NCBI GenBank assembly: GCA_016721465.1
Contig: JADKIA010000026.1
Location: 7,846 to 71,845, forward strand
DNA from: Ideonella sp.
GTDB lineage: Bacteria; Pseudomonadota; Gammaproteobacteria; Burkholderiales; Burkholderiaceae_C
Length of the DNA: 64,000 nucleotides
Reading direction: 5' to 3'
The position numbers and the translations under genes were made by a program. The notes beneath the pieces were generated by a model. It saw nothing but the letters and a program-made list of their open reading frames with translations. It ran no database searches and was not told the DNA's origin. Positions 18,782-29,659 of this stretch are shown piece after piece; position 1 is the first letter of the stretch, and the number at the start of each line of letters is the position of its first letter.

Positions 18782-20031
18782 TTCAGCGCCTCGGCAATCT
18801 GCTTCTGGATTTTTTCAACCGGGATGCTTCGGTTCCAGTACGCCGTGAGGATGTCGGCCAACGCGCCGTTCTGGTCCGGCGTCATGTAGACCTCGCCGTT
18901 GCCGATCTGGCGGTTCTTGTCCTTCATGATGGCCAGGCCTTGCTGGGCGCAGGTGTCCATCTTGGAGGCGTCCACGTCGGTGCGGATGGGAATGGATCCC
19001 TTCTTGTTGCTGAACGCCACCTGCGTGGCCGGCGCGGTGATCACGCTGGCCAGCAGCTTCTGCGCCTTGAGGCTCTCGGGCTGGCTGGTCTTGGGGAAGA
19101 CGAACACATCGCCCTGGATGATGTACAGCGAGTTGGGGCCGAAACCGGCGATGCAGCCGAAATCGCGCCCGGGCTGCTGGCCAGCCAGCGTGAACTCGCC
19201 CTTGGCCCAGTCGCCCATGAACTGCACGCCGGCCTTGCCCGTGATGAGCATCGCGGTGGCGTCGTTCCAGTTGCGGCCCGGCGAGCCTTTGTCGACATAG
19301 CCCTGCAGTCGTCGGAAGGTGAGCAGGACGTTCTTGAACCCCTCGCCCTGGATGGCCTTGGCATCGCGGTCGCGCAGCACCTTGAGGTAAAGCTCGCGCC
19401 CGCCCACGTTGGCCAGCACGGCGGCGAAGACGATGTTGTCCTGCCAGGCCTGGCCACCATGCGCCAGCGGCACCAGGCCGGCAGCCTTGAGCTTGTCCAG
19501 CGCGGCAAACAGTTCGTCCATGCTGTGGGGCTCGGCGGCGATGCCGGCCTTGGCGAACGCGGCCTTCGAGTACCAGATCCAGGCGGGCATGTGGATGCTC
19601 ACCGGCGCGGCGTAGTAGTGGCCCTTGACCTTGATGACGCTGAGCACGGCCTCGGGCAGGAACTTGTCCCAGCCGTCGCGCGCGGCCACGTCGTCCATGT
19701 GGTTGAGCAGGCCCTGCTCCACCACGTCGAAGAACTGGCGCGAAGTGTTGAACTGCGCCGCCGTCGGCGGATTGCCACCCACCATGCGGTTGATGGTGAC
19801 CGAGCGCGCTTGCTCGCCCAGCGCCACGGCCATGTCCTGCCACTGGCCCCCGGCGGCGCGGTAGGCATCGGACAAGGTCTTCACCGCGGCCGATTCGCCG
19901 CCCGAGGTCCACCAGTGGATCACCTCGGCCTTGGGGCCCGAGGGCGGCGGCGCGGGTGGCTTCTGGGCCATGGCCAGACCAGCCATGCCCAGTGCGGTGG
20001 CCGCGACACCGAACTTGCGAGCCCACTTCAT
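18778..20031 (-). CDS. Sugar ABC transporter periplasmic substrate-binding protein (GtsA-like paralogue)
   Basis: Start moved to ATG 20031 (SD GGAGA). Signal MKWARKFGVAATALGMAGLAMAQ. The EVIHWWTSGGE motif is shared with 25524..26792. Confidence 0.85.
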   Translation of the reverse strand: MKWARKFGVAATALGMAGLAMAQKPPAPPPSGPKAEVIHWWTSGGESAAVKTLSDAYRAAGGQWQDMAVALGEQARSVTINRMVGGNPPTAAQFNTSRQFFDVVEQGLLNHMDDVAARDGWDKFLPEAVLSVIKVKGHYYAAPVSIHMPAWIWYSKAAFAKAGIAAEPHSMDELFAALDKLKAAGLVPLAHGGQAWQDNIVFAAVLANVGGRELYLKVLRDRDAKAIQGEGFKNVLLTFRRLQGYVDKGSPGRNWNDATAMLITGKAGVQFMGDWAKGEFTLAGQQPGRDFGCIAGFGPNSLYIIQGDVFVFPKTSQPESLKAQKLLASVITAPATQVAFSNKKGSIPIRTDVDASKMDTCAQQGLAIMKDKNRQIGNGEVYMTPDQNGALADILTAYWNRSIPVEKIQKQIAEALK

Positions 20032-20110
20032 GTGCGCATCTCCGAAAAATGACGATCTTGCTACGGATGGGCGCGCGGCTCGGCGCGATGACGGGCTCCA
20101 ATGAAACACA

Positions 20111-20139
20111 CCCCCTGCCAGTGAACTGCCGGCAGGGGG
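20111..20139 (-). terminator. Intercistronic hairpin between the TBDR and SBP genes (terminator/attenuator-like)
   Basis: CCCCCTGCC (20111-20119) pairs with GGCAGGGGG (20131-20139). On the minus strand the stem is followed by UGUGUUUCAUU. It lies 26 nt downstream of the TBDR stop. Confidence 0.35.
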
Positions 20140-20165
20140 TGCATGGGCCGGGTGCTTGGGCGGGG

Positions 20166-22943
20166 CTACAGCTTGTAGTTGATGCCGAACATCACCTGGC
20201 GACCGTAGGTGTCGTAGCGCTCCACGGCAATCACATCGCCAAAGCCATTTCCCTGGCGAGTGACATAGGGCGCGTCGGTGAGGTTGTTCACCTGCAGCAG
20301 CAAGGACAGGCCCTTCAGGCTGCCAGTCTGGAACTCGTAGCCCAGTTGCAAATCAACCTGACGCTCGGCCTGGATCTCGCTGAACTCGCGCGCATTGTGC
20401 AGGCCAGTGATTTCGCCGCGGAAGGCCGAACGATAGCGCTGGCTGATCCGTGCCTGGTAGCCGTTCTTCTCGTAGTAGGCCGTCAGGTTGCGCACGGTGC
20501 CCGACAGACCTTCCAGCTTTTGCGAGGTACCGGGGCCATTTGGATGCACGTTGCTGGCCGTCACCGACAAGCTGCCCAGTAGGCCGAAGCCATCCAGGGC
20601 CTTGTGCCACAGACCAGCATCGATGGAGGCACTCAACTCCGCCCCATGCACCTGGCCACCCTCGCCGTTGGCCGGGCGCTCGTAGATGCCCAAGGGGTTC
20701 AGCGGCGTGGCCAGCGGTGGGTTGCTGGTGTTGGGAAAGGCGGAGAAATCGCCAATCAGCTTCTGCTTGTAGATGTAGGTGCCCAGATCCTTGTAGAAGG
20801 CGGCGGCGGCCACGTAGCTGCGCTTGCCGAAGTACTTCTCCAACGACAAGTCAAACGACTTCGCGCGCCAGGGCTGCAGTTCCGGGTTGCCACCACTGCC
20901 ACCCCAAGTGGTGAGGCCCGTGGTGCCGTTCTTGGTGATGTTGACGTCGGCACCAGCCTTCATGTCGTCCATGCGACCGCGCGCCAAGGTCTTGGCAATG
21001 CCCAAGCGCAAGATGGTGTTGTCGGCGAATTCGGCCTTCAGGTTCAGGCTGGGCAGCACGTCGTTGTAGGTGGTGCCACGCGTCACCTCGGAGAAGTTGC
21101 CGCTGAGCTTGGACCAACCGTGCGAGCTTTGGTCTGTGTGGATGAACTGCAGGCCAAGGTTGCCGGTCACCGGCACACCGCCCACCGCCGTGTCGATGCC
21201 CAACTTGGCGAAGGCCGTGCTCACCTTCTCGAAGACTTCGTAGTTGCGATTGATGATCTGGTCGGCCGCCTGCACCTTCAGGTCGTACAGCGAATTCAGT
21301 GCCCCCATCACGTCGTGCGCGGCCACACCCGGAATACCGACGAACGACAGCGACGTGGGGCCTTGCTGCAGGGCGGCCGGCACCAGGATGGGCGCGCGCC
21401 CATTCTTCAGGTCGGCGGCCAGCTCGTTCATCTCCCGCTCCTTGGTGCGGGTGGTGTAGTTCAGGCCGAAATCGAGGGCGCTGAACATGCCCGATAGGTC
21501 TTTCTTGCCCTCCAGGTGCATGGCTTTGATGGTGTCATTGGCCTTGGGCTTCTTCCACAAGCCATCGTGGCCCCAACCGGCGGGGTCGCTGAGCTTGACG
21601 CTGGTGACATCGGCAAAATTCAGGTTGGGCACCAAGGTGGGCAGCGCAGGCGACGAGGGCACGACCATCGTGAAGTTGGTCAAGGCCTTGTTGGCCCCGC
21701 TGTAGACGGCGCCATAGGTCTCGATGACGTTTTCAGTGCGCTGGGCGTTGGAGTAGCTCAGGTCGGCGATGGCCTTCCATCCGTCGGCCAGCTTAAGTTC
21801 GGTATTCCAGCCGCCGGATTTGAGTTTGTCGTCGCGGGTGTTCAGGTCGTTGCGCACCACGAGGTTGGTGACGCCCGCCACATTGGCCGCCGTGACGAAG
21901 TTGGTGTTGCCGCCCAGCTTCTCGGTTTGCACATTGCTGAACTGTGCGCCCTGCGCACCGCCCCAGGCGTCACCGATGCTGCCCATCAGGCCACGGTAGG
22001 ACTCGTCCTTGGTGAACTTGGAGAAGTACAGATCGATGGTGCTGCGCAGATCCTTGTTCGGACGGAACTCCAACACCCCCATCAAGCCGTCGCGAACTTG
22101 CTTGCGCGACAAGCCTACGGCCTCAAAGCCATTGAGCGTGGTGGCATCGGCCGGCAGGCCCTTGGAGCAGCTGCCGCCCCATTCCGGGTGGGCCACGCAA
22201 TCGCGCGTCGGGCCGTTGAAGCCCCAGGCCTTGTAGTGCAGCTCCTGCCCCGGCGAGTCCAGGTGAGCAAAGCCCAGCGCCACGCCCACCGTGCGATTGG
22301 CGAATTGATCGATGTACGAAGCGCTGAAGCGCTTGCCGTTGCCAGGGGTGTCGGCGTTCACCGCGCCATTGGAATTGGACTCCAGGCGCGCATTGACAGC
22401 CACCGTGCGGCCAGCGAAGTCGAGCGGGCGCGCCGCCTGCATGTTGATGGTGCCAGACAGGCCTTGCCCGATCAGCGACGCATCCGGCGTCTTGTAAATG
22501 GTGACCTGGTTGATCAGCTCGGACGGGAACTGATCGAATTCCACCGCGCGGTTGTCGCCGGTGGTCACCTGCTGACGACCATTGAGCAGCGTGCCGGCAA
22601 ATTGACCCGACAGGCCACGAATCTGGATTTCCTGCGCACGACCAGCCACGCGCTGACCTGCCAAGCCGGGCACCCGCGCCAGCGATTCGGCGATGGACAC
22701 ATCGGGCAGCTTGCCAATGTCTTCGGCAGAGATCACCTCGGACACGCCCTCGGCATTGCGCTTGGCGGTGACCGAGTTTTCTATGCCGCGCCGAATGCCC
22801 GTGACCACCACCGACTGATCGGCCTGCTGGGCTTCGGCGATGCCGGTGCCCAGCATCAGCATGGCGCACGCCATGGCCACGGGTTGGGTTCGGAACGAGG
22901 CACGAACGGCAACTTGCCGTGGCTGGCGGAACGTCTGCTTCAT
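20166..22943 (-). CDS. TonB-dependent outer-membrane receptor
   Basis: ATG 22943 with SD AGGAGA. Signal peptide ending IAEAQQ. Plug domain (VVVTGIRRGIENSV, DIGKLPDVSIAESLARVPGL). Long beta-barrel ending with the aromatic terminus GINYKL. Confidence 0.9.
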   Translation of the reverse strand: MKQTFRQPRQVAVRASFRTQPVAMACAMLMLGTGIAEAQQADQSVVVTGIRRGIENSVTAKRNAEGVSEVISAEDIGKLPDVSIAESLARVPGLAGQRVAGRAQEIQIRGLSGQFAGTLLNGRQQVTTGDNRAVEFDQFPSELINQVTIYKTPDASLIGQGLSGTINMQAARPLDFAGRTVAVNARLESNSNGAVNADTPGNGKRFSASYIDQFANRTVGVALGFAHLDSPGQELHYKAWGFNGPTRDCVAHPEWGGSCSKGLPADATTLNGFEAVGLSRKQVRDGLMGVLEFRPNKDLRSTIDLYFSKFTKDESYRGLMGSIGDAWGGAQGAQFSNVQTEKLGGNTNFVTAANVAGVTNLVVRNDLNTRDDKLKSGGWNTELKLADGWKAIADLSYSNAQRTENVIETYGAVYSGANKALTNFTMVVPSSPALPTLVPNLNFADVTSVKLSDPAGWGHDGLWKKPKANDTIKAMHLEGKKDLSGMFSALDFGLNYTTRTKEREMNELAADLKNGRAPILVPAALQQGPTSLSFVGIPGVAAHDVMGALNSLYDLKVQAADQIINRNYEVFEKVSTAFAKLGIDTAVGGVPVTGNLGLQFIHTDQSSHGWSKLSGNFSEVTRGTTYNDVLPSLNLKAEFADNTILRLGIAKTLARGRMDDMKAGADVNITKNGTTGLTTWGGSGGNPELQPWRAKSFDLSLEKYFGKRSYVAAAAFYKDLGTYIYKQKLIGDFSAFPNTSNPPLATPLNPLGIYERPANGEGGQVHGAELSASIDAGLWHKALDGFGLLGSLSVTASNVHPNGPGTSQKLEGLSGTVRNLTAYYEKNGYQARISQRYRSAFRGEITGLHNAREFSEIQAERQVDLQLGYEFQTGSLKGLSLLLQVNNLTDAPYVTRQGNGFGDVIAVERYDTYGRQVMFGINYKL

Positions 22944-23021
22944 GGGGTCTCCTGGTGGCACGGGGCGGGAAAGCGCTTGGCCGGGTCGCGCTGCCCGGGT
23001 CTGAAGGCGCTTTCACGATTC

Positions 23022-23056
23022 TTAACGATCACAAAACTTCATTAATTTATCGTTAA
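23022..23056. promoter_or_regulatory. AT-rich operator-like element in the TBDR / response-regulator divergent region
   Basis: Inverted repeat TTAACGAT (23022-23029) N19 ATCGTTAA (23049-23056) encloses TTCATTAAT (23038-23046). An extra ACGAT sits at 23015-23019. This is the only AT-rich patch in the intergenic region. Confidence 0.3.
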
Positions 23057-23222
23057 CCCTTAGCGGCCACGGGGGCCACACCCCTGCCGAGACGCACGCG
23101 GCGTCTCGTCCACCCGGCGTCATGCCCCGCGGCGCTACAGTGCAGCTCGCACCAAGACCCGCGGGAGCCGCCCGCCCGACTGTCGCGTGCACACCACTGC
23201 CCCGCCCGCCATGCCCTCCGTG

Positions 23223-23903
23223 ATGACCCTGCTGCTGGCCGAAGACGACGCCATCCTGGCCGATGCGCTGTCGGCGCAACTGCGACGCGCGGGCTTCGAC
23301 GTGGAGCACGCCCCCAATGGCGCGGTGGCCGAGTACCTGTTGATGAAGCAGAGCTTCGACGTGGCCGTGCTCGATCTCGGGCTGCCGATGGTGGATGGCC
23401 TGACGGTGCTGCGGCGCATACGCGCCGCGCACCGAGTGACGCCGGTGCTGGTGCTGACCGCGCTGGACAGCCTGGACGACCGCGTGGCGGGCCTCAACGC
23501 CGGTGCCGACGACTACCTGACCAAGCCCTTCGACTTTCCGGAGCTGGAGGCGCGCCTGCATGCGCTGATGCGCCGTGCGCGCCCCAGCGCCAAGCTGGCC
23601 GAGCTGGGCGACCTGAGCTTCGACCCCGACACGCGACGCGCCGCCGTGCGCGGCGAGCCGCTGGACTTGAGCCCGCGCGAGTGGATGCTGCTGGAGCTGC
23701 TGCTGTCGCAACGTGATCGCGTCGTCACCAAGGACCAGATCGCCCAGGCCTGGACGCTGGAGCGCACCGAGGCCGGCGGCGCCAGCTCGATCGAGGTCTA
23801 CATCCACCGCCTGCGGCGCAAGCTCGAGCAATCGGGCCTGGCCATCCGCACCGTGCGTGGCCTGGGCTATCTGCTCGAAGCCGATACCGGCGCCAAGGCA
23901 TGA
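23223..23903 (+). CDS. OmpR-family response regulator (GltR/TctD-like)
   Basis: MTLLLAEDDAILADAL, receiver Asp in FDVAVLDLGLP, and a winged-helix C-terminus (IEVYIHRLRRKLE, IRTVRGLGYLL). Alternative upstream starts at 23187 (GTG) and 23211. Confidence 0.9.
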   Translation: MTLLLAEDDAILADALSAQLRRAGFDVEHAPNGAVAEYLLMKQSFDVAVLDLGLPMVDGLTVLRRIRAAHRVTPVLVLTALDSLDDRVAGLNAGADDYLTKPFDFPELEARLHALMRRARPSAKLAELGDLSFDPDTRRAAVRGEPLDLSPREWMLLELLLSQRDRVVTKDQIAQAWTLERTEAGGASSIEVYIHRLRRKLEQSGLAIRTVRGLGYLLEADTGAKA

Positions 23904-23913
23904 TGCTCAGCGC

Positions 23914-25410
23914 ATGAATGCGAATGGAATCGGCCAGCGCTGGCTGCGCGCCATGCCGGGCGCGCGCTCGCTGCACCGCCAGTTGTTCGTCTGGTTGCTG
24001 CTGCCGCAGGTGGTGCTGTGGATCGCGGCCGCCGTGTTCACCTACAACCTGGCCGCACGCTATGCCAACGCGGCGATCGACGCCAGCCTGGCCCAGGCCT
24101 CGCGGGCGCTGGCGCGCCAGGTCAAGCCGATCGAGAGCGGGCTGTTCATCGATTTTCCGCGCTCGGCGCAGGACATCCTGGAGGCCGACCCCAGCGACCG
24201 CGTGCTCTACACGATCAGCACGCCGCCTGGCCAGTTCATCCTGGGCAACCGGCAGCTGCCCGCGCCGCGCATCGCCCAGCCGCGCCTGGGTGAGCCCTAT
24301 TTCTACGACGAGGCGGTCTCCACCGCCGCCAGCGCCGACAACCCGGGCAGCACCGATCGCCTGCGCGTGGTCGCGCTTTACTTGCGTTATGGCGATGCCA
24401 GCGTGCCCGGCGGCACGATGCTGGTGCAGGTGGCCCGCTCCAGCGCCAACCGCGAGGAACTGGCGCGCAGCATCCTGATGGACACCGTGTTGCCGCTGTC
24501 GGTGCTGATGGCCTTGACGACGATGATCGTGTGGGCCGGCATCCGCGCCGGCCTGGCCCCGCTGACCCTGCTGCAGCGCCAGGTGGAAGGGCGTGCAGCC
24601 AACGACCTGGCGCCAATCAAGCTGGAATCGGCCCCGCCGGAGGTGCACGCCCTGGCACGGGCCATGAACACGCTGCTGGCCGAGGTGCACCACAACGTGG
24701 TGGCGCAAAAGCGCTTCATCAGCGATGCCGCGCACCAGCTGCGCACCCCCTTGGCCGGCCTGAAGAGCCAGACCGAGCTGGCCCTGCGCGAGGCCAGCGA
24801 CCCGGCGCTGGTGGCGCGCCTGCAACGCGTGCACGAGAGCTCCACCCGCAGCGCGCACCTGGTGAACCAGTTGCTCACCCTCGCCCGTGCCGAACCCGAA
24901 AGCGCCAACCAGCAGGACCGGGTGCCTCTGGACCTGCGCCGCCTGGCCCATGAGGTGACGGCCGAGATGGTCAAGCGCGCCCTCAATGCCGGCGTGGACC
25001 TGGGCTTCGACGAGCCGGAAGGCGATGCCAGCCACGCGCCCGTGATGGTGCGTGGCATCGCGCTGCTGCTGCGCGAGGCGCTGGTGAACCTGATCGACAA
25101 CGCCATCCGCTATGCCGGGCGGGGCGCCACCGTCACGGTGCGGGTGCAAGCGGTCGGCGGGCAGGTGCACATGGCGGTGGAAGACAACGGCCCCGGCCTG
25201 CCCGACGCCGAGCGCGAGCACGTGTTCGAGCGCTTCGTGCGCGCCACGCACGACGGCACCGGCTGCGGCCTGGGCCTGGCCATCGTGCGCGAGATCGTGC
25301 AGCGCCACGCCGGCAGTGTCGCCTTGCTGCCCGTGCAGCCGCACGGCGTGCTGGCGCGGGTGGTGCTGCCGGCCGCATCACCGACCGCGGGTGCTGCCGT
25401 GCAGGGTTAG
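23914..25410 (+). CDS. Sensor histidine kinase with TctE/GtrS-type periplasmic N-terminal domain
   Basis: Start ATG 23914, in frame in ORF 23713..25410. Two TM segments. H-box FISDAAHQLRTPL. N/G boxes LIDNAIRYAG, DNGPGLP and GTGCGLGLAIV. Confidence 0.9.
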   Translation: MNANGIGQRWLRAMPGARSLHRQLFVWLLLPQVVLWIAAAVFTYNLAARYANAAIDASLAQASRALARQVKPIESGLFIDFPRSAQDILEADPSDRVLYTISTPPGQFILGNRQLPAPRIAQPRLGEPYFYDEAVSTAASADNPGSTDRLRVVALYLRYGDASVPGGTMLVQVARSSANREELARSILMDTVLPLSVLMALTTMIVWAGIRAGLAPLTLLQRQVEGRAANDLAPIKLESAPPEVHALARAMNTLLAEVHHNVVAQKRFISDAAHQLRTPLAGLKSQTELALREASDPALVARLQRVHESSTRSAHLVNQLLTLARAEPESANQQDRVPLDLRRLAHEVTAEMVKRALNAGVDLGFDEPEGDASHAPVMVRGIALLLREALVNLIDNAIRYAGRGATVTVRVQAVGGQVHMAVEDNGPGLPDAEREHVFERFVRATHDGTGCGLGLAIVREIVQRHAGSVALLPVQPHGVLARVVLPAASPTAGAAVQG

Positions 25411-25423
25411 CCCGTTTCCCGCT

Positions 25424-25447
25424 GCATTAATGCTTCATTAATAATGC
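25424..25447. promoter_or_regulatory. AT-rich tandem-box element upstream of the second ABC operon
   Basis: GCATTAATgctTCATTAATaatgc holds two [G/T]CATTAAT boxes 11 bp apart, nested in the inverted repeat GCATTA...TAATGC. TTCATTAAT (25434-25442) is identical to 23038-23046. Confidence 0.3.
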
Positions 25448-25523
25448 GCGACGCCCGGCGACATCGAACCGCCCCAGCCTCGCACATCCCAACCCACGGC
25501 GCCCGCCGCTCAAGGAACCACCG

Positions 25524-26792
25524 ATGACCTCCACCCGCCCCGCCCTGCGCAGCCCCTGCATCGCCCTGGCCGTTGTCACGCTCGGCGCACTCCATGTCGC
25601 AGCTCACGCGGGTGAAGTGGAAGTGCTGCATTGGTGGACCAGCGGCGGCGAGGCCAAGGCCGCGCAGGCCTTGAAGGGCTCGCTACAGGCCAAGGGCCAT
25701 GTGTGGAAGGACTTTGCCGTGGCCGGTGGCGGCGGCGATGCGGCGATGACGGTGTTGAAGTCGCGCGTGGTTTCGGGCAACGCGCCGGCCGCGGCGCAGA
25801 TCAAGGGCCCCTCGCTGCAGGACTGGGCCAAGGAAGGCGTGCTGGCCTCGATCGACGACGTGGCCAAGGCCGAGAAGTGGGACACGCTGCTGCCGCCGGT
25901 GGTCAGCGACATCATGAAGTACAAGGGCAACTACATCGCCGTGCCGGTGAACGTGCACCGCGTGAACTGGCTTTGGGCGAACCCCGAGGTGTTCAAGAAG
26001 GCCGGGGCCAAGGTGCCCGGCAGCTGGGACGAGTTCTTCAGCGCCGCCGACGCGATCAAGAAGGCGGGCCTCACGGCCGTGGCCCATGGCGGCCAGCCCT
26101 GGCAGGACCTCACCACCTTCGAGGCGGTGGCCCTGGGCCTGGGCGGCACCGAGTTCTACAAGAAGGCCCTGGTGCAGCTCGATCCGGCCAGCCTGAAGAG
26201 CCCGACGATGGAAAAGGTGCTCACGACCTTCAAGCGCATCAAGGACTACACCGACAAGGGCGCCTCCGGCCGCGACTGGAACCTGGCCACCGCGATGGTG
26301 ATCAAGGGCGAGGCCGGCATGCAGATCATGGGCGACTGGGCCAAGGGCGAGTTCATCGCCGCCGGCAAGGTGCCGGGCAAGGACTTCGTCTGCGTGGCTG
26401 CGCCCGGCAGCGCCAAGGCCTTCACCTTCAACATCGATTCGTTCGCCATGTTCAAGCTGAAGAACGAGGCCAACGTCAAGGCGCAGAAGGACCTGGCCTC
26501 GGCCATCATGTCGCCCGAGTTCCAGGAGACCTTCAGCCTGAACAAGGGCTCGATCCCGGTGCGCATGGGCGTGAAGATGGACAAGTTCGACGACTGTGCC
26601 AAGGCCTCGTCGGCGGACTTCGGCGCCACCGCCAAGAGCGGCGCACTGGTGCCCTCGCTGGCCCATGGCATGGCCGTGGCCTCGAGCGCCGAAGGCGCGA
26701 TCAAGGACGTGGTGAGCCAGTTCTGGAACAGCGACAAGATGAGCGCCAAGGACGCAATGGACAAGCTGGCTTCGGCAGCCAAGACCAAGTAA
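25524..26792 (+). CDS. gtsA: Glucose/mannose-type ABC transporter substrate-binding protein (GtsA-like)
   Basis: Signal peptide. EVLHWWTSGGEAKAAQALK, AVAGGGGDAAMTVLKSRV, VPVNVHRVNWLW, GDWAKGEF and NKGSIPVR closely match my recollection of Pseudomonas GtsA/GltB. Confidence 0.85.
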   Translation: MTSTRPALRSPCIALAVVTLGALHVAAHAGEVEVLHWWTSGGEAKAAQALKGSLQAKGHVWKDFAVAGGGGDAAMTVLKSRVVSGNAPAAAQIKGPSLQDWAKEGVLASIDDVAKAEKWDTLLPPVVSDIMKYKGNYIAVPVNVHRVNWLWANPEVFKKAGAKVPGSWDEFFSAADAIKKAGLTAVAHGGQPWQDLTTFEAVALGLGGTEFYKKALVQLDPASLKSPTMEKVLTTFKRIKDYTDKGASGRDWNLATAMVIKGEAGMQIMGDWAKGEFIAAGKVPGKDFVCVAAPGSAKAFTFNIDSFAMFKLKNEANVKAQKDLASAIMSPEFQETFSLNKGSIPVRMGVKMDKFDDCAKASSADFGATAKSGALVPSLAHGMAVASSAEGAIKDVVSQFWNSDKMSAKDAMDKLASAAKTK

Positions 26793-26805
26793 GCGCCTGC
26801 CCGCC

Positions 26806-27681
26806 ATGACACCCAACCCCAGTTCCGGGCCTTGGCTCCCGCGGCTGGTGGTGGCGCCTTCGTTTCTGCTGTCCTTCCTGTTCATCTACGGCTTGATGGC
26901 CTGGAATGGCTATCTCTCGATGTCCGCGTCCAGGCTGCTGCCCAACTACGAGTTCGTGGGGCTGGCGCAGTACGAGGCGCTGTTCGAGTCCGAGCGCTGG
27001 TGGGTGGCGCTGCGCAATTTGGGGCTCTTCGGTGGCCTGTTCATCGGCGGCGGCATGGGTCTCGGGCTGCTGCTGGCCATTGCGCTCGACCAGAAGGTGC
27101 GCGCAGAAGGGCTGCTGCGCACCATCTACCTGTATCCGATGGCGCTGAGCTTCATCGTCACCGGCACCGCGTGGAAGTGGATCTTGAACCCCACGCACGG
27201 CGTGGAGCAGCTGGTGCGGCAATGGGGCTGGGCCGATTTCAGCTTTGGCTGGCTGGTGGACCCGGACCGCGCGATCTACTGCATCGTGATCGCCGGCATC
27301 TGGCAGAGCGCGGGCTTCGTGATGGCGCTGTTCCTGGCCGGCCTGCGCGGCATCGACGACTCGATCATCAAGGCCGCGCAGATCGATGGCGCCAGCCTGC
27401 CGCAGATCTACTGGCGCATCATCATCCCCACGCTGCGGCCGGTGTTCTTCTCAACGCTGATGGTGGTGAGCCACCTGGCCATCAAGAGCTTCGATCTGGT
27501 GATGGCACTCACGGCCGGTGGCCCCGGATTTGCCACCGACATGCCCGCCACCTTCATGTACACGATGGCCTTCTCGCGCGGGCAGATCGGGCTGGGGGCG
27601 GCGAGTGCGACCATCATGCTGGCCACCGTGGCGGCCATCGTGGTGCCCTACCTCTACTCCGAGCTCAGGGTGCGCAAGTGA
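26806..27681 (+). CDS. gtsB: Sugar ABC transporter permease (GtsB-like)
   Basis: 291 aa, 6 TM. EAA loop KAAQIDGASLPQIYWRIIIP. Confidence 0.85.
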   Translation: MTPNPSSGPWLPRLVVAPSFLLSFLFIYGLMAWNGYLSMSASRLLPNYEFVGLAQYEALFESERWWVALRNLGLFGGLFIGGGMGLGLLLAIALDQKVRAEGLLRTIYLYPMALSFIVTGTAWKWILNPTHGVEQLVRQWGWADFSFGWLVDPDRAIYCIVIAGIWQSAGFVMALFLAGLRGIDDSIIKAAQIDGASLPQIYWRIIIPTLRPVFFSTLMVVSHLAIKSFDLVMALTAGGPGFATDMPATFMYTMAFSRGQIGLGAASATIMLATVAAIVVPYLYSELRVRK

Positions 27682-28535
27682 CGCCGCGCCTCACGTTTCA
27701 TCGCGTGGCCCTGCTGGCCATGCTGCTGCTCTTTGCGGCCTTCTTTCTCACGCCGCTGTACGTGATGCTGAGCACCTCGCTCAAGAGCATGGACGAGGTG
27801 CGCACCGGCACCCTGCTCTCGCTGCCCGCCACGCCGAACCTGCAGGCCTGGGCCAAGGCCTGGTCGCAGGCCTGCACCGGCACCGATTGCGGCGGCCTGC
27901 AGCCCTTCTTCATGAACTCGGTGTGGATGGTGCTGCCGGCGGTGGGCGTGTCCACGCTGATCGGCGCGGTCAATGGCTACGTGCTGAGCAAGTGGCGATT
28001 TCGGGGCAGCGAGTTCATGTTCGCGCTGCTGCTGTTCGGCGTGTTCATGCCCATGCAGGTGGTGTTGCTGCCGATGAGCCAGGTGCTCGGCTGGCTGGGC
28101 CTGGCCAGCTCGATCTGGGGGTTGATGCTGGTGCACGTGATCGCGGGCATCCCCAGCACCACGCTGTTCTTCCGCAACTACCACGTGGGCCTGCCCGACG
28201 AGCTGATCAAGGCCGCGATGCTCGACGGCGCAGGCTTCTGGCAGATCTTCTGGCGCATCGTGCTGCCGCTGTCCACGCCCATCATCGTGGTGACGCTGAT
28301 CTGGCAGTTCACCAACATCTGGAACGATTTTCTCTATGGCGTGGTGTTCTCCGGCGCCGACAGCAAACCCATCACCGTGGGCCTGAACAACCTGGCCAAC
28401 ACCTCCAGCTCGGTGAAGGAGTACAACGTGGACATGGCCGCCGCGCTGATTGCCGCCCTGCCCACGCTGGTCGTCTACGTGCTGGCGGGCAAGTACTTCG
28501 TGCGCGGACTGACCGCCGGCGCGGTCAAGGGCTAG
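27678..28535 (+). CDS. gtsC: Sugar ABC transporter permease (GtsC-like)
   Basis: GTG 27678 overlaps the upstream TGA (GTGA) and is in frame in ORF 26832..28535. EAA loop KAAMLDGAGFWQIFWRIVLP. Confidence 0.85.
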   Translation: MTPRLTFHRVALLAMLLLFAAFFLTPLYVMLSTSLKSMDEVRTGTLLSLPATPNLQAWAKAWSQACTGTDCGGLQPFFMNSVWMVLPAVGVSTLIGAVNGYVLSKWRFRGSEFMFALLLFGVFMPMQVVLLPMSQVLGWLGLASSIWGLMLVHVIAGIPSTTLFFRNYHVGLPDELIKAAMLDGAGFWQIFWRIVLPLSTPIIVVTLIWQFTNIWNDFLYGVVFSGADSKPITVGLNNLANTSSSVKEYNVDMAAALIAALPTLVVYVLAGKYFVRGLTAGAVKG

Positions 28536-28543
28536 ATCAACAA

Positions 28544-29655
<1,112 letters not shown>

Positions 29656-29659
<4 letters not shown>

